A stretch of DNA of 64,000 bases from Escherichia coli. GTDB taxonomy: Bacteria; Pseudomonadota; Gammaproteobacteria; Enterobacterales; Enterobacteriaceae. A model generated the notes under the pieces. The model was not told the DNA's origin and ran no database searches. It saw only the letters and a program-made list of their open reading frames with translations. Within the stretch, counting starts at the first letter, position 1. Each line of letters begins with the position of its first letter. The stretch is taken from assembly GCF_045037415.1 (NCBI RefSeq), contig NZ_CP173438.1, one strand, 5' to 3'. This document shows positions 1 to 13,891 of this stretch, in pieces. Made by a program: the position numbers and the translations under genes.

Positions 1-1535
1 ACTTTTATGAAGAACGCCCTGCGAGCGGTTGGGATATTCGTGCCGAAGCCTGGCTTCCCGCTTATCCGCAGCTTGGCGGTAAAATCGTTTTCGAACATTA
101 TTACGGGGATGAAGTTGCGCTATTTGGTACCGACAATCTAGAGAAAGATCCCTTCGCTGTCACGTTAGGCGTGAAATACCAGCCTGTTCCGCTCATTGCT
201 GTAGGAACGGACTTCAAAGCAGGAACCGGTGATAACACCGATACCACGGTCAACGCAACGCTTAACTACCAGTTTGGCGTCCCGCTCAAAGACCAGCTTG
301 ATCCTGACAAAGTGAGCGCGGCTCACTCACTCATGGGCAGCCGTCACGACTTTGTTGAACGTAACAACTTTATTGTTCTGGAATATAAAGAGAAAGATCC
401 CCTCGATGTCACTTTGTGGCTGAAAGCTGATGCGATGAATGAACATCCCGAGTGCGTGATTAAAGATACGCCAGAAGAAGCTATCGGGCTGGAAAAATGT
501 AAATGGACCATTAACGCGCTTGTCAACCACCACTACAAAATTGTCGCTGCGTCATGGCAGGCGAAAAACAATGCCGCCCGCACGCTGGTGATGCCGGTTA
601 TCAAAGAGAATACCCTGACAGAGGGCAACAATAACCACTGGAACCTGGTGCTGCCCGTCTGGCAGTACAGCTCTGACAAAGCCGAACAAGGAAAACTCAA
701 TACCTGGCGGGTTCGCCTGGCGCTGAAAGATGAAAAGGGCAACCGACAGAACTCAGGCGTGGTGGAAATCACCGTTCAGCAGGACCGTAAAATTGAGCTG
801 ATTGTTAATAACATCGCGAACGTGCCGGAAGAGAACAACCACAGCCACGAAGCCAGTGCACAGGCTGATGGTGTAGATGGTGTGGTGATGGATCTCGATA
901 TTACTGATAGCTTTGGCGACAACACTGACCGCAACGGTAATGTCTTGCCGCAGGATAATCTCAACCCGCAGCTGTTTGATGCCAACGATAAAAAAGTGAC
1001 GCTGACGAATAACCCCTGCACTACCGAGACTCCCTGTGTCTTTATCGCCAAACAAGATAAAGAAAAGGGGACCGTTACGCTCTCCAGTACGTTGCCTGGC
1101 ACCTTCCGTTGGAAGGCGAAAGCTGCCCCCTATGATGACAGTAACTATGTTGACGTAACGTTCCTGGGGGCTGACATCGGCGGGCTGAATGCCTTTATCT
1201 ATCGCGTTGGTGCGGCTAAATCCGTGAATCTTATCGGCAATAAAGAACCGTTGCCCCTCAATAGCCGATATCGCTTTGTGTTGTGGCGCGACGCTAACAA
1301 AGACGGTGTGTTCCAGCTATCTGAAAAGCTCACTGACGAAGAGATGAAACAGTATGACTACCAATGGGAATTCACGGGGCATAGCGTAAATGGCAATACT
1401 GGCGCGCAAGCCAATACCACTAACGTCGATATCGAGATCCCGGCAACGAACAAGGAAGCGGCAGCGAAGTTTAGTGCCCAGGTAACCGATGGTGTGCAAG
1501 GGTACGGTTTGCAGGTCAATTACAGCAAGACATAG
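1..1535 (+). CDS. sinH: Intimin/invasin-family inverse autotransporter (SinH-like), 3' portion; 5' end lies outside the window
   Basis: Frame is open from the window edge to the stop at 1533-1535. First residues in window (..GKIVFEHYYGDEVALFGTDNL..VGTDFKAGTGDN..) resemble the end of an intimin beta-barrel followed by passenger domains. Order sinH-sinI-ratA-xseA matches CS54-type island synteny (established knowledge). Confidence 0.6.
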   Translation, partial: FYEERPASGWDIRAEAWLPAYPQLGGKIVFEHYYGDEVALFGTDNLEKDPFAVTLGVKYQPVPLIAVGTDFKAGTGDNTDTTVNATLNYQFGVPLKDQLDPDKVSAAHSLMGSRHDFVERNNFIVLEYKEKDPLDVTLWLKADAMNEHPECVIKDTPEEAIGLEKCKWTINALVNHHYKIVAASWQAKNNAARTLVMPVIKENTLTEGNNNHWNLVLPVWQYSSDKAEQGKLNTWRVRLALKDEKGNRQNSGVVEITVQQDRKIELIVNNIANVPEENNHSHEASAQADGVDGVVMDLDITDSFGDNTDRNGNVLPQDNLNPQLFDANDKKVTLTNNPCTTETPCVFIAKQDKEKGTVTLSSTLPGTFRWKAKAAPYDDSNYVDVTFLGADIGGLNAFIYRVGAAKSVNLIGNKEPLPLNSRYRFVLWRDANKDGVFQLSEKLTDEEMKQYDYQWEFTGHSVNGNTGAQANTTNVDIEIPATNKEAAAKFSAQVTDGVQGYGLQVNYSKT

Positions 1536-1584
1536 GAACAGCGCCATGGCTGATCGGGCCACCGCTGAATGTTAACCAAGGAGA

Positions 1585-2583
1585 GTGTTTATGAAACCTC
1601 ATATGAAACGTGGCCTGACAAAAGTCGCGCTGGCACTGATGCTGGCTGGATACTGTGCCGTACCAGTCGCTATGGCGGAAGATGCTGCCTGGGTCGCCAG
1701 TGGAACGACAGCTGAATTCGAGGGGACCATACCCTGGCTCTATCGCGAAGGGGGGAATGCTACGATTAACTCGGAAGATGCGGATCACATCAAAGTGACA
1801 TCTGATAGTAAAGGTATCCGTCCTGCAGGTAGCGAGTCTGATAAACGCCTTTACTCAGGGGATACCATCACGCTGGGTTGGGATATCGGCGATACCGAAG
1901 GGGATATCGATGATGGTTCCGCAGGCATTGATGCGAAAACGACGGCGACCATCAAATGGTACAGCTACAGTGATAATGCGGGTGGCGGTAAAACGGAGTT
2001 GACTGCGGCGGCAGGAAAAACCAGTTATAAAATCACCGATGGCGATCGTGGACGCTATATCGGTGTTGAAATCCAGCCTATCACTCAGACCGGTAATCCC
2101 TTCCAGGGAACTTCGCTGACTCTGCTGGATATTTCTACGGCCAGCGGTGGCGGCAGCGATACGGATAATGTCGATCCTGGTCCGGTTGTTAACCAGAACC
2201 TGAAAGTTGCCATCTTCGAGAAAGACACCAGTACCAACCTTATCGGTGGTAATACAGCCATTGCGCTTAACAAAACGTATGTGGCCAAACTGTACTCGGA
2301 TGAAAACCAGAACGGTAAATACGACGCGGGTACGGATGTGGACGTTACCGCTAACTACGACTTTGCGTGGGTCTTTAACGGTAACAGTAAACAACTTGCG
2401 GCGGCGGGCGGTATTGCCAACGCCAGCTTCGATAACAATGACATTGTTATTCCGCAAACTAACGAACAAGCAAGAACCAGCCTTAACGGTAGTGACCGTA
2501 ATGGTAAGACCGGCCTTGCAATCCCGGCAAACGGCGACGGCGTTCAGGGCTATACGCTGTCTATCATTTACAAACACCACTAA
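1585..2583 (+). CDS. sinI: SinI-like secreted protein (332 aa) with signal peptide
   Basis: RBS aaggagag upstream; N-terminal signal peptide (MKRGLTKVALALMLAGYCAVPVAMA); C-terminal about 100 aa homologous to the C-terminus of the preceding intimin-like protein (..NGNxxxAxAN..DIxIPxTN..DGVQGYxL..Y). Confidence 0.6.
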   Translation: MFMKPHMKRGLTKVALALMLAGYCAVPVAMAEDAAWVASGTTAEFEGTIPWLYREGGNATINSEDADHIKVTSDSKGIRPAGSESDKRLYSGDTITLGWDIGDTEGDIDDGSAGIDAKTTATIKWYSYSDNAGGGKTELTAAAGKTSYKITDGDRGRYIGVEIQPITQTGNPFQGTSLTLLDISTASGGGSDTDNVDPGPVVNQNLKVAIFEKDTSTNLIGGNTAIALNKTYVAKLYSDENQNGKYDAGTDVDVTANYDFAWVFNGNSKQLAAAGGIANASFDNNDIVIPQTNEQARTSLNGSDRNGKTGLAIPANGDGVQGYTLSIIYKHH

Positions 2584-2590
2584 TGCGCAC

Positions 2591-2621
2591 AACAGCATTC
2601 CCGTATGGGAATGCTGTTTTC
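2591..2621 (+). terminator. Rho-independent terminator after sinI-like gene
   Basis: Hairpin acagcattccc-gtat-gggaatgctgt followed by TTTT. Confidence 0.6.
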
Positions 2622-2692
2622 CGCCTGTTTTGCTTAGCGACGCGTTAAGCAAAACGGGTTGACGTTTTGTTTATCATGCTGGAGTTTTCTAC

Positions 2693-5600
2693 ATGTCGGT
2701 ATGTCTGAAACCAGGAAAAATCATTGTGCTTCTGGGCATGTTGGCAGCCTTTATGCTGTCTGACTTTGCACGGGCAGAGGTGGAATGGCAGACATATCCT
2801 GGTTCTACAGGCGAGTTTAACGGTACAGTTCCTATTGCCGATAGCGCCAGCGTACCCGTTTATCAGGGAAGCGTTCAGCTTGATCCTGCTGCATCTCATG
2901 ATGTGGCGTTTTCTGCTAAACCGAATGAATTTAGCGTTGACGATGACGCTGCTAACCTGATAGTTGCTAATCCTCAGGACAGTGAAGGCGACCAGTTTTC
3001 TACACCACCTGCGCTGCGCTGGGAAAACCAGACGCCGCCGACCGTCAGTCTGGTGTGGGCGGATGCCGCCACGCCGGATACGCCGCTCAATCCACAGCCC
3101 ATCGCCAACCGCAGCTTTTGCGCGCAAGGTCTGGCCGGGCGTTCGCTGGTGGCCTGGCCACAGATTGATGCGCAGCAGACCATTCCACTGCTTTATCTGC
3201 TGACCTCGACCGGTTATCCCTATGAGGGGACGGTGGTGCTGGCTGACCAGAAAGTGACGCTGAATATCGCGCCCGCGCAGGGCGATTTAATTTCGGTGAG
3301 CGCCAGTGGTTATAACGAAACGCTCGGCGCGGCAAAAACCACCGTTGGCGGCACTATCACGCTGACCGTCACCACCAAAGATTGTCAGGGTAACGTCGCG
3401 GGTAATATTCCATTTATTATCAAGCGTAAAGATGCCCAAAACCGTCAGGGCGCGGTAAATAATACCGCGCCGGTGGTGCTGGATAGCACCGAGTTAACGA
3501 CGACGGTAACCGAGTATCGTGGCACATCGGATGCTAACGGTACGGCAACCATCACGGTGACCCAGCCTAACGGCCCCGGTGTTAAAACGCCGCTGGTAGT
3601 CGGCATTTCCGGCATTGCACAAACCAGTGAGGCGGCGGTGATCTTTACCGTGCTCACCAGCCCGGACGTGGCGCAGGCCACGATGTGGGGCCATATGGCG
3701 GAGACGGTGGAAGCCCATGGTTACACGTTCAGTAGACCAAAACTGGCGGCGGAAGTCAGTAACGAAAATGCCACGGTCGTCGATCACAATGAAACCTGGT
3801 CCACCTTTACCTGGAGCGGCGCAGATAGCCATTGCACCGTGCTGCCGGGCATGCGCCACTTCGGCGCACTGGCGACGGTGATTCCCTCCACGGTACAGAC
3901 TGTGCTCGGCTGGCCGATGCAGGGCGATTATTACTGGTCATCGCTGGCGGGGCTTACCGGGCAGCACCATGCGGCAGATGTCTCTAACCGTGGCGAAACG
4001 CAGAAGCCGGACAGCACCACGTTCCTCGTGAGCTGCGTGGATAAGCCCGCGCCTGACGTCGAGCCGAAAATCGTCCTCACGCCAGAAAACTATGATGACA
4101 CGGCGCAGGCGATGAAAGCGAAGGTGGGCGAGGATGCGACGATGCGTCTGGCCATCACCGACACGAAAAACAACGATCAACCGCTGGCGTATTACTACTT
4201 CTCGCTACATCTGGATGATGGCGTCAATCGTAAGAATCAAACCGACACTGCCTGGGAAGCCCATCCGGTACAGATTGCTGGCGGCAGTAATTTTCGCCAG
4301 GTCGACGCACATACCTATGAAGGCATGACCGACGCCAACGGCCAGGCTTCGCTCACCCTGAGCCAGCCCGGCGGCGCGGGGGTGAAAACCCATATCACGG
4401 CAAGAATGCGCAGCGATTTTAACGCCACAGATGCCAAAGATGTGATTTTTACCGTAATCACCAGCCCGGACAGCGACAAAGCGCGGATGTGGGGCCATAT
4501 GCGCGGCATTATTGAGTCCGGCAGTTTGTATAAACGCCCGTTGCTGGCGGATGAAACCGAGCATGAATTGGGAACAGTGCGGGAAAATAACGAAGACTGG
4601 GCGCTCTACGATCAAAACACCAGTATGCAGGCGGAATGCGGCGTCGGTCATATACCGCGCCAGAGCTCACTGGAAAGCCTGTTTTCAGCCCATCCCGGTA
4701 ACGCGATTGGTACTGAATATGGCTGGCCCACTGCACAACAGGGCTATTTAAGCGCGGTGGAGCAAGCCACGCATTCATCGGTGGATCTGGGGAACGGGAG
4801 CGTCGACAGCTATTCCGGCTTTAAGCCGAATTACCTCTCCTGTTCGGGTAATGAGATGGTAGCGAATGTTGAAGTCAGCACCGATCATGATGTGTCTGTT
4901 GGCACCCAAGCGCAAGCCAAAGTGGGTGACACCATTGTGATGACCGTGCGTACGATTAACTCGCTCAATAATATCCCTGTACCCTTTACTGCATTCACCA
5001 TTACCAAAGGTATGGGGTATAACCGAGCGGGGCAGGTGAGCGGGTTTGATGACCCGAGCAGTGGTGCAATCACGATGGATAACACGCAATACGGCACATC
5101 ACAGTCATCGAAGGTTTATGCGGGAATAACCGATGCCCGGGGCGTGGCGACGGTCGAGATTAAGCAACCACAGGGCGTCGGGCTAAAAACGGTGCTGAGC
5201 GTAACGCCGGTAAATTCCTACCTGCCGAATACCGTTAACTACAGCGTTATTTTTACTACCCCAACCAGCCCGGACGTTACCGGCGCGCAGATGTGGGGCC
5301 ATATGGATGAAACGATCACCGTTGATTCATCAACCTTTACCCGGCCTAAACTGGCGTCGGAAGTCGCCAGCCCGGACGGAACCCTGACCGAAAATAACGA
5401 AATCTGGGCGCGCGTGAGCCAGGCCAATACGTCCAGTACCAGTAAAGGTGGCTGCGACACCAATATGTTGCCACGTCGTTCCCAGCTAAGTGCGCTGTAT
5501 AACGCCAACAGTGGTAACGCGGTGCAAACGGCGCACGGTTGGCCAACACAGCGTCAGCCTTACTGGAGCAACTCACCGGCAGATAAAACTCCACACTTTT

Positions 5601-8600
5601 TCACGATAGCGCTGAACGATGGCGCACAAACTATTGGCGGCGATACGCCGGTTTACGTCAGTTGCCTGAAGACGGCGAACAAACCTGCCAGCAGCATTAC
5701 GCTGGAGGTGGTTGATAAAGCGCAATGGAATACCGGGAATAGCGCGGCAACGCTGAAAAAAGGCGAGACGCTACAGGTTAAAGTGACGGTAAAAGACGCA
5801 CAGGGCAACGCGTTAGCGGATATGCCATTTACCCTCAATCGCGGTGATGGCTATACCCGTAGCGGCGAAAAACATGTGGCGGGCAGCGGCGATGCGCTGG
5901 TTGCGCCGGTGGTAGTCAATGGCGGGCTGGCAGATGAAACCACGTTGAACGACACTGCAACGGTGTATACCGCCATGACCGACAATGACGGCAGCAAAAT
6001 TCTCAATATTACCCGCCCGGATACTCACGGCACCAAAACGGCGCTGACGGCAATGCTTTACTCTGATGCGACGAAAAAATCCAGCATCGACACAATCTTT
6101 ACGGTGGTGACCAGCCCGGATAGCCGCCTGGCAAAAATGTGGGGACATATGCCGGAAACGGTGACTGCTGCGGACGGTACGGTATTTAAGCGCCCGCTGT
6201 TGTTGAAGGAACTGGCCTATCAGACTGGGCGAACATCAACGTCTGAAGACAATGAAAACTGGGCGTTGTTTAACATTAATTATGCAAGTTTTTCCACGAC
6301 GTACAGCGGCTGTGGAACCAACTATATTCCGACTCAGGCCGGTCTGACGTCACTGTTTGCTAATAATGCGGGCAACACCATGAAAACCGTGCAGGGCTGG
6401 CCGGTGGCAACGCGCTATTTATCCAACACTTCCGACAACGGCAGCATGGAGCAGCGTAACTACAAGGCGGTAGATCTCAGCAATGGCACGAGTGCGGCAG
6501 TGTCATCAACGACGCTGGAGCTGCTGACCTGCCAGACCGCGCCGATAGCCGCGGTGAGCCAAATCCTGCTGGAAGCGGCAGATCCGGTGACGCTGGATAC
6601 CACCTATAACGTGGTAAAAGCGAAAAAAAGCGAAGAATCCGTGGTGCGCGTCATCACCAAAGATGCGCAAGGCAACCTTGTGGGCAATACGGCATTTATC
6701 CTGACGCGAGCCAACAGTGTAAGTCGGGCTAATTCATCGGCGACGATGAGTGTGGGCGCGCTGACGGTGACGGATGCGTGGGGAAATACGCGAAATAATT
6801 TCCAGTCAACGAGTGAAACCATTTACGGCGTGACCGGTGCCGACGGGTCAACGACATTTACCCTAAAACAGGATAACAGTACCGGGTTAAGAACCGATCT
6901 CACGGCAAAACTGGATACGTCCAGCAGCGTCAAGGCGATGCTACCGGTGGTCTTTACCGTCGTGACCAGCCCGGATTCGCCAAAAGCGAATTTTTGGGGA
7001 CATATGGCCGAAACGGTGACGGCCTCCGATGGTTCGGTTTATAAGCGACCGTTGCTGTTTGGCGAGCTTACCAACAACTATGCACGATATAGCACGTTTG
7101 AGAACGGTGAAAGTTGGGCAAGATTCACCTCGACTCAGTCGGCTGACACCAGCATGAATGGGTGTGGTACAGATTATATGCCAACGCTGGATGGTCTGAA
7201 GTCTTTGTATGACGCCAATAGAGGTAATGCGATGAATACGGTACAGGGATGGCCGGTAAATATGAGTTATCTCACCAATACCCCGAGTAATACACAAACA
7301 GGGAGCCGTTACTACAATGTGGTGCAACTAAATTCTGGCGCAGTTTCGCAAATCGTATCCACCGTGCTGGCGTTACAAACCTGCCGTACAACGCCGTTGA
7401 TGACTGCCAGCCAGATTACGCTGGAAGCCTCAGACCCCGGGCAGTTTGTCAGCATTGACAGCACACTTAGCGCCGTCAAAGCGAAGAAGGGGGATGAGGT
7501 GTCGATCCGCATTTCGACTAAAGATGCGCAGGGGAATTTAGTCGGCAATACGCCGTTTGCCCTGAAACACGCGAACTCGATCAATCGTCAGAATGTGACG
7601 TCATCGCAGAAAGTGTCAGTCACGACTGCGGCGGGTGCGACGGTGGATACCAGTGCAACGACCATCCTGTATGGTGTAACAGGGCCAGATGGAACCACTA
7701 CGATGACGCTCCGACAGGATGCTTCCACTGGGTTAAGAACCGACTTTTATGCTCTATTAAACGATACTGGCGTGTCGTCGGACACCTTGTCGGTGATCTT
7801 TACCGTCACCACCAGCCCGGATACGCCGCTGGCGACCAATTGGGGCCATATGGCGGAAACCTTTACCAGCAGCGAAGGCGTCACCTTCAAACGGCCTTTC
7901 CTCAAAGCCGAACTCTCTGGCGGTACGGCGAAAACGGCCAATAATGAAGTCTGGTCGCTCCTGACCGCGACTGAGAAAGCGGACGTCAGCAAGGCTGGGT
8001 GTGATGAGGCGTATCAACCGCTGACGACTGATATGCAGGGGCTGTATGTCGATTATCCCAATGGTCAACTGGCAACGGTGCTCGGCTTGCCGACTGCTGC
8101 AGGGAACTGGTGGGATTATGACATGATGGCGGTAGCGGGCGGTAGCTGGAGTAACCAGGCGTTTGTTCCGGGAAATGGTCAGTTGATTCAGGCATCGTCC
8201 AGCTATACGGCGATAGTGATGTGTTTGGTAGAGCCTCATACGGAAGCAGTCACAATAGAGCTTACCTCAACGGCGCAGGATGCAGCAAAATCGCTCAGCA
8301 ATGATGGACGACCGAGCGCTGTAGCGAAGAAAGGTGAGCTGATTCCGTTGACGGTGACCGTGCGTGATAGCGCCGGGAACCCGATGCCATATGCCGACTT
8401 TACCCTTTCGCGTGAAACGACGCTGGATCGCGCGAAAGCAACCGTTAACACGAGTGCAGACGATCTTACCGTAACGGCATTGGTTCCGGTGAGTAGGGAT
8501 AGCGTGTTGACAGCAAGTGGAGCAAAAACTCTCGCAACGACGGGCAGTGATGGCACAGCCACCTTTGAGGTTGGGCAGTACTCTACTACCGGGTTGGCGA

Positions 8601-10774
8601 CGCCGTTAACCGTGACGCTGGCGCGTGATACAACGAAAGTCGCCACGCTGGATGTTATCTACACGGTGATTACCAGCCCAGATTCACCGAGTGCTAAATT
8701 CTGGGGGCATATGCCGGACACCTTTACCAGTTCGGCGGGCGTCACCTTCAAACGACCCCTGCTGAAAACCGAAACCAGCTCAGGCTTATCGATTAGTTCT
8801 AACGGCGAAGTTTGGTCGTATATGAGCAACTTGCAAAATTTAACATCTACAGATTGCCCACTCGAGAATCAACCGCGCAGTAAGGAACTGTTGGATTTGT
8901 ATAGTGATCATCCGAACGGCGCAATAATGACTGACCTTGGGTTACCGATGAATGCGGGTAACTGGTGGGCTTATGATATGGCCATACTGGGTACAACAAC
9001 GTGGTCTTATCAGACTGTCAGCCTGAGAACAGGAGCTATCGCGAAGAATTCTGCAACCAACGCACTGATGCTCTGTCTGGCGCAGCCGCATCCGGCAGGC
9101 GTTAGCGTAACATTGACGTCATCCGCACTGGATGACGCCAGAACCCTCAGCAATGGCGGCCGACCTAGCGCGTCAGTGAAAAAAGATAACCCATTGCCAA
9201 TTGTGGTTATGGTCAAAGATCGTGATGGCAACCCGCTGGCGGGCGAAGCGATAACGCTCAGGCGTGATAATGCGATGAGCCGCTCAGGAACCATTGTAAA
9301 CACGGCAGCAAATGTGATGGTATTGACGGAACTGGCACCCGTGTCGGCAACATTCACTCTCGCCTCACACGGCACGCAATGGCTTGGTTTTACCGGCAGC
9401 GATGGTACGGCGATATTCAATGTTGAACAGCCTGATACTGTCGGCCTGGCAACACCGTTTACCGCCATCCTGGCACGTGATACGGAAACCACCACTGTCC
9501 TTGATGCGATCTTCACCGTTGTCACCAGCCCTGATTCCGCAATGGCGGCCTACTGGGGTCATATGCCGGATACGGTAACGGCAGAAAACGGTGTGGTCTT
9601 TGAAAGACCTAAATTGTGGAAAGAGCTGCCGTCGACATCAGGGGTTAGCAAGGTCAATAGTAACAATGAAGTCTGGCCCGTGTTTAACGCAACGCAGAGG
9701 GCTGACAGCAATCTCAGCCCTTGTGAAGCGGCACGTCGGCCATTGAGTGATGATTTAGAATCGCTCTATGCTCGCTATCCGGGGAACACGCTGACGACAC
9801 AAATCGGTTGGTCTACGCAGTATACATGGTGGGCGCTGGATAACTGGCTGGGAGGCAGTAATCCGCAGGTAGTCGGTCTGAATAATGGTTCAGCGTGGGG
9901 GACGGTGAATACCGCGTATCAAGGGTGCCTGGTTAACCCGCGTGCGACTGTCTCCAGCGTCACGTTGACATCGACGGCACTGGATAGCAGTACGCAGGCG
10001 GCGAAGGTGAAAAAAGGCGACGCCGTTCCCGTTGTCGTTACCGTGAAAGACAGTGTCGGGAAACCAGTGCCGAATATTTCGTTTATCCTCAAACGTGGTG
10101 ACGCTACGCCGCGTAATAGCGGGGCGACGTTGTATGGCGATGTGGATACAATGGACGATTTGACTGTACAACCCTCATCCGGTGCGGCAGTCACGTTGGC
10201 TGATAGCGGGAATACAATCGATGGAGTTACTGGAGCAGACGGTACAGCAAGTTTTACCGTTGGTCAGGATAATACGCCAGGATATAAAACGCCGTTGACG
10301 GTGACGCTGACGGATAACGCCACAATAACGGCGACGCTGGACACGATTTTCACCGTGCCGACCAGTCCTAATGTCGCCACGGCGTATTTCTGGGGTCATA
10401 TGGCGGATACCGCCACGGTAAGTGGCAAGATGCTGCATCGCCCGCTATTAAAATCGGAGTTGCCGTCAGGGGTTACCGCAGCAGCAACGCCCAATGTGAA
10501 TAATGAAACCTGGGCGCTGGCACATGTTATAGATTCCACTAAATGGGATGTCGCACGGCAGTGCGGTAGTATGAATAACGTGCCGAGCAGTGCCGAATTA
10601 CAAACATTACACTCCGGCTTTAGCACATTGGGATGGCCGTCATCGATAAGCTTCCCGTATTTATCTACTGATAAGGCTGGATCGTTCTATTGTGGTGTTG
10701 AGGAAGGCTCTGGCAGTCTCAACTGTGGCATTCAGCCTGCGAAAACGCCGGGGTTTGCAACCTGTTTCCAATAA
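2693..10774 (+). CDS. ratA: Giant repetitive Ig-like-domain surface protein (2693 aa), RatA-like
   Basis: Signal peptide at N-terminus; about nine tandem repeats of roughly 280 aa, each ending in a conserved FTVxTSPD..A..WGHM(A/P)(E/D)T motif; adjacent to xseA as in CS54-type islands. Confidence 0.65.
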   Translation: MSVCLKPGKIIVLLGMLAAFMLSDFARAEVEWQTYPGSTGEFNGTVPIADSASVPVYQGSVQLDPAASHDVAFSAKPNEFSVDDDAANLIVANPQDSEGDQFSTPPALRWENQTPPTVSLVWADAATPDTPLNPQPIANRSFCAQGLAGRSLVAWPQIDAQQTIPLLYLLTSTGYPYEGTVVLADQKVTLNIAPAQGDLISVSASGYNETLGAAKTTVGGTITLTVTTKDCQGNVAGNIPFIIKRKDAQNRQGAVNNTAPVVLDSTELTTTVTEYRGTSDANGTATITVTQPNGPGVKTPLVVGISGIAQTSEAAVIFTVLTSPDVAQATMWGHMAETVEAHGYTFSRPKLAAEVSNENATVVDHNETWSTFTWSGADSHCTVLPGMRHFGALATVIPSTVQTVLGWPMQGDYYWSSLAGLTGQHHAADVSNRGETQKPDSTTFLVSCVDKPAPDVEPKIVLTPENYDDTAQAMKAKVGEDATMRLAITDTKNNDQPLAYYYFSLHLDDGVNRKNQTDTAWEAHPVQIAGGSNFRQVDAHTYEGMTDANGQASLTLSQPGGAGVKTHITARMRSDFNATDAKDVIFTVITSPDSDKARMWGHMRGIIESGSLYKRPLLADETEHELGTVRENNEDWALYDQNTSMQAECGVGHIPRQSSLESLFSAHPGNAIGTEYGWPTAQQGYLSAVEQATHSSVDLGNGSVDSYSGFKPNYLSCSGNEMVANVEVSTDHDVSVGTQAQAKVGDTIVMTVRTINSLNNIPVPFTAFTITKGMGYNRAGQVSGFDDPSSGAITMDNTQYGTSQSSKVYAGITDARGVATVEIKQPQGVGLKTVLSVTPVNSYLPNTVNYSVIFTTPTSPDVTGAQMWGHMDETITVDSSTFTRPKLASEVASPDGTLTENNEIWARVSQANTSSTSKGGCDTNMLPRRSQLSALYNANSGNAVQTAHGWPTQRQPYWSNSPADKTPHFFTIALNDGAQTIGGDTPVYVSCLKTANKPASSITLEVVDKAQWNTGNSAATLKKGETLQVKVTVKDAQGNALADMPFTLNRGDGYTRSGEKHVAGSGDALVAPVVVNGGLADETTLNDTATVYTAMTDNDGSKILNITRPDTHGTKTALTAMLYSDATKKSSIDTIFTVVTSPDSRLAKMWGHMPETVTAADGTVFKRPLLLKELAYQTGRTSTSEDNENWALFNINYASFSTTYSGCGTNYIPTQAGLTSLFANNAGNTMKTVQGWPVATRYLSNTSDNGSMEQRNYKAVDLSNGTSAAVSSTTLELLTCQTAPIAAVSQILLEAADPVTLDTTYNVVKAKKSEESVVRVITKDAQGNLVGNTAFILTRANSVSRANSSATMSVGALTVTDAWGNTRNNFQSTSETIYGVTGADGSTTFTLKQDNSTGLRTDLTAKLDTSSSVKAMLPVVFTVVTSPDSPKANFWGHMAETVTASDGSVYKRPLLFGELTNNYARYSTFENGESWARFTSTQSADTSMNGCGTDYMPTLDGLKSLYDANRGNAMNTVQGWPVNMSYLTNTPSNTQTGSRYYNVVQLNSGAVSQIVSTVLALQTCRTTPLMTASQITLEASDPGQFVSIDSTLSAVKAKKGDEVSIRISTKDAQGNLVGNTPFALKHANSINRQNVTSSQKVSVTTAAGATVDTSATTILYGVTGPDGTTTMTLRQDASTGLRTDFYALLNDTGVSSDTLSVIFTVTTSPDTPLATNWGHMAETFTSSEGVTFKRPFLKAELSGGTAKTANNEVWSLLTATEKADVSKAGCDEAYQPLTTDMQGLYVDYPNGQLATVLGLPTAAGNWWDYDMMAVAGGSWSNQAFVPGNGQLIQASSSYTAIVMCLVEPHTEAVTIELTSTAQDAAKSLSNDGRPSAVAKKGELIPLTVTVRDSAGNPMPYADFTLSRETTLDRAKATVNTSADDLTVTALVPVSRDSVLTASGAKTLATTGSDGTATFEVGQYSTTGLATPLTVTLARDTTKVATLDVIYTVITSPDSPSAKFWGHMPDTFTSSAGVTFKRPLLKTETSSGLSISSNGEVWSYMSNLQNLTSTDCPLENQPRSKELLDLYSDHPNGAIMTDLGLPMNAGNWWAYDMAILGTTTWSYQTVSLRTGAIAKNSATNALMLCLAQPHPAGVSVTLTSSALDDARTLSNGGRPSASVKKDNPLPIVVMVKDRDGNPLAGEAITLRRDNAMSRSGTIVNTAANVMVLTELAPVSATFTLASHGTQWLGFTGSDGTAIFNVEQPDTVGLATPFTAILARDTETTTVLDAIFTVVTSPDSAMAAYWGHMPDTVTAENGVVFERPKLWKELPSTSGVSKVNSNNEVWPVFNATQRADSNLSPCEAARRPLSDDLESLYARYPGNTLTTQIGWSTQYTWWALDNWLGGSNPQVVGLNNGSAWGTVNTAYQGCLVNPRATVSSVTLTSTALDSSTQAAKVKKGDAVPVVVTVKDSVGKPVPNISFILKRGDATPRNSGATLYGDVDTMDDLTVQPSSGAAVTLADSGNTIDGVTGADGTASFTVGQDNTPGYKTPLTVTLTDNATITATLDTIFTVPTSPNVATAYFWGHMADTATVSGKMLHRPLLKSELPSGVTAAATPNVNNETWALAHVIDSTKWDVARQCGSMNNVPSSAELQTLHSGFSTLGWPSSISFPYLSTDKAGSFYCGVEEGSGSLNCGIQPAKTPGFATCFQ

Positions 10775-10808
10775 CCTTGCCCACCCTATCAATATGAGGT
10801 TCCGAAAG

Positions 10809-12225
<1,417 letters not shown>

Positions 12226-12307
12226 TTATTCAGTCGATAGTAACCCGCCCTCCGGGGATAGCAAGCATTTTTTGCAAAAAGGGGTAGATGCAATCGGTTA
12301 CGCTCTG

Positions 12308-12313
12308 TATAAT
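12308..12313 (+). promoter_or_regulatory. Candidate -10 hexamer (TATAAT) of guaBA promoter with GC-rich discriminator
   Basis: TATAAT 44 nt upstream of guaB ATG, followed by gccgcgg; -35 element not convincingly identified. Confidence 0.4.
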
Positions 12314-12356
12314 GCCGCGGCAATATTTATTAACCACTCTGGTCGAGATATTGCCC

Positions 12357-13823
12357 ATGCTACGTATCGCTAAAGAAGCTCTGACGTTTGACGACGTTCT
12401 CCTCGTTCCTGCTCATTCTACCGTTCTGCCAAATACTGCTGACCTCAGCACTCAGCTGACGAAAACTATTCGTCTGAATATCCCTATGCTTTCCGCAGCA
12501 ATGGATACCGTAACGGAAGCGCGCCTGGCTATTGCTCTGGCTCAGGAAGGCGGTATCGGCTTTATCCACAAAAACATGTCCATTGAACGCCAGGCAGAAG
12601 AAGTTCGCCGTGTGAAAAAACACGAATCTGGCGTGGTAACCGATCCGCAGACCGTACTGCCAACTACGACGCTGCGTGAAGTGAAAGAACTGACCGAGCG
12701 TAACGGCTTTGCTGGCTACCCGGTTGTTACCGAAGAAAACGAACTGGTCGGCATTATCACCGGTCGTGACGTGCGTTTTGTGACCGACTTGAGCCAGCCG
12801 GTTAGCGTTTACATGACGCCGAAAGAGCGTCTGGTAACCGTGCGTGAAGGCGAAGCCCGTGAAGTGGTGCTGGCAAAAATGCACGAAAAACGCGTTGAAA
12901 AAGCGCTGGTGGTTGATGATGAATTCCACCTGATCGGCATGATCACTGTTAAGGACTTCCAGAAAGCGGAACGTAAACCGAACGCGTGTAAAGACGAACA
13001 AGGCCGTCTGCGTGTAGGTGCAGCGGTTGGCGCGGGCGCTGGTAACGAAGAGCGTGTTGATGCGCTGGTTGCCGCAGGCGTTGACGTTCTGCTGATCGAC
13101 TCCTCTCACGGTCACTCTGAAGGTGTTCTGCAGCGTATCCGTGAAACTCGCGCTAAATATCCTGACCTGCAAATCATCGGCGGCAACGTGGCAACTGCTG
13201 CAGGTGCCCGCGCGCTGGCAGAAGCCGGTTGCAGTGCCGTTAAAGTGGGTATCGGCCCTGGTTCTATCTGTACGACGCGTATCGTGACTGGTGTCGGTGT
13301 TCCGCAGATCACCGCCGTTGCTGATGCAGTAGAAGCCCTGGAAGGTACCGGCATTCCGGTTATCGCTGACGGCGGTATCCGTTTCTCAGGCGATATCGCT
13401 AAAGCTATCGCCGCTGGCGCAAGCGCGGTGATGGTAGGTTCCATGCTGGCAGGTACTGAAGAATCTCCGGGTGAAATCGAACTCTACCAGGGCCGTTCTT
13501 ACAAATCTTACCGTGGTATGGGTTCCCTGGGCGCGATGTCCAAAGGTTCTTCTGACCGTTACTTCCAGAGCGACAACGCTGCCGACAAACTGGTGCCGGA
13601 AGGTATCGAAGGTCGCGTAGCCTATAAAGGTCGCCTGAAAGAGATCATTCACCAGCAGATGGGCGGCCTGCGCTCCTGTATGGGCCTGACCGGCTGTGGT
13701 ACTATCGACGAACTGCGTACTAAAGCGGAGTTTGTACGTATCAGCGGTGCGGGTATTCAGGAAAGCCACGTTCACGACGTGACCATTACTAAAGAGTCCC
13801 CGAACTACCGTCTGGGCTCCTGA
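12357..13823 (+). CDS. guaB: IMP dehydrogenase
   Basis: 488-aa protein starting [21 protein letters not shown] with CBS domains and catalytic [11 protein letters not shown] motif; the ORF-track start at 12288 is an upstream extension. Confidence 0.95.
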   Translation: MLRIAKEALTFDDVLLVPAHSTVLPNTADLSTQLTKTIRLNIPMLSAAMDTVTEARLAIALAQEGGIGFIHKNMSIERQAEEVRRVKKHESGVVTDPQTVLPTTTLREVKELTERNGFAGYPVVTEENELVGIITGRDVRFVTDLSQPVSVYMTPKERLVTVREGEAREVVLAKMHEKRVEKALVVDDEFHLIGMITVKDFQKAERKPNACKDEQGRLRVGAAVGAGAGNEERVDALVAAGVDVLLIDSSHGHSEGVLQRIRETRAKYPDLQIIGGNVATAAGARALAEAGCSAVKVGIGPGSICTTRIVTGVGVPQITAVADAVEALEGTGIPVIADGGIRFSGDIAKAIAAGASAVMVGSMLAGTEESPGEIELYQGRSYKSYRGMGSLGAMSKGSSDRYFQSDNAADKLVPEGIEGRVAYKGRLKEIIHQQMGGLRSCMGLTGCGTIDELRTKAEFVRISGAGIQESHVHDVTITKESPNYRLGS

Positions 13824-13891
13824 TTCTCTTCGCCCGACTTCATGTCGGGCGATTTATATTATCTGTTTCACTTGCCTCGGAATAAGCGTCA

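Noticed and set aside
3494-10626. Numerous 60-170 aa ORFs on both strands inside the ratA-like gene
   Set aside because: GC-rich repetitive coding DNA produces long spurious frames; all lie within the single continuous 2693-aa reading frame.
12288-12356. Upstream in-frame extension of guaB in the ORF track
   Set aside because: GuaB starts at MLRIAKEA (12357); the extension covers the promoter -10 region and has no RBS.
12360-13172. 270-aa antisense ORF inside guaB
   Set aside because: Fully contained in a well-recognised gene on the other strand; no independent signals.
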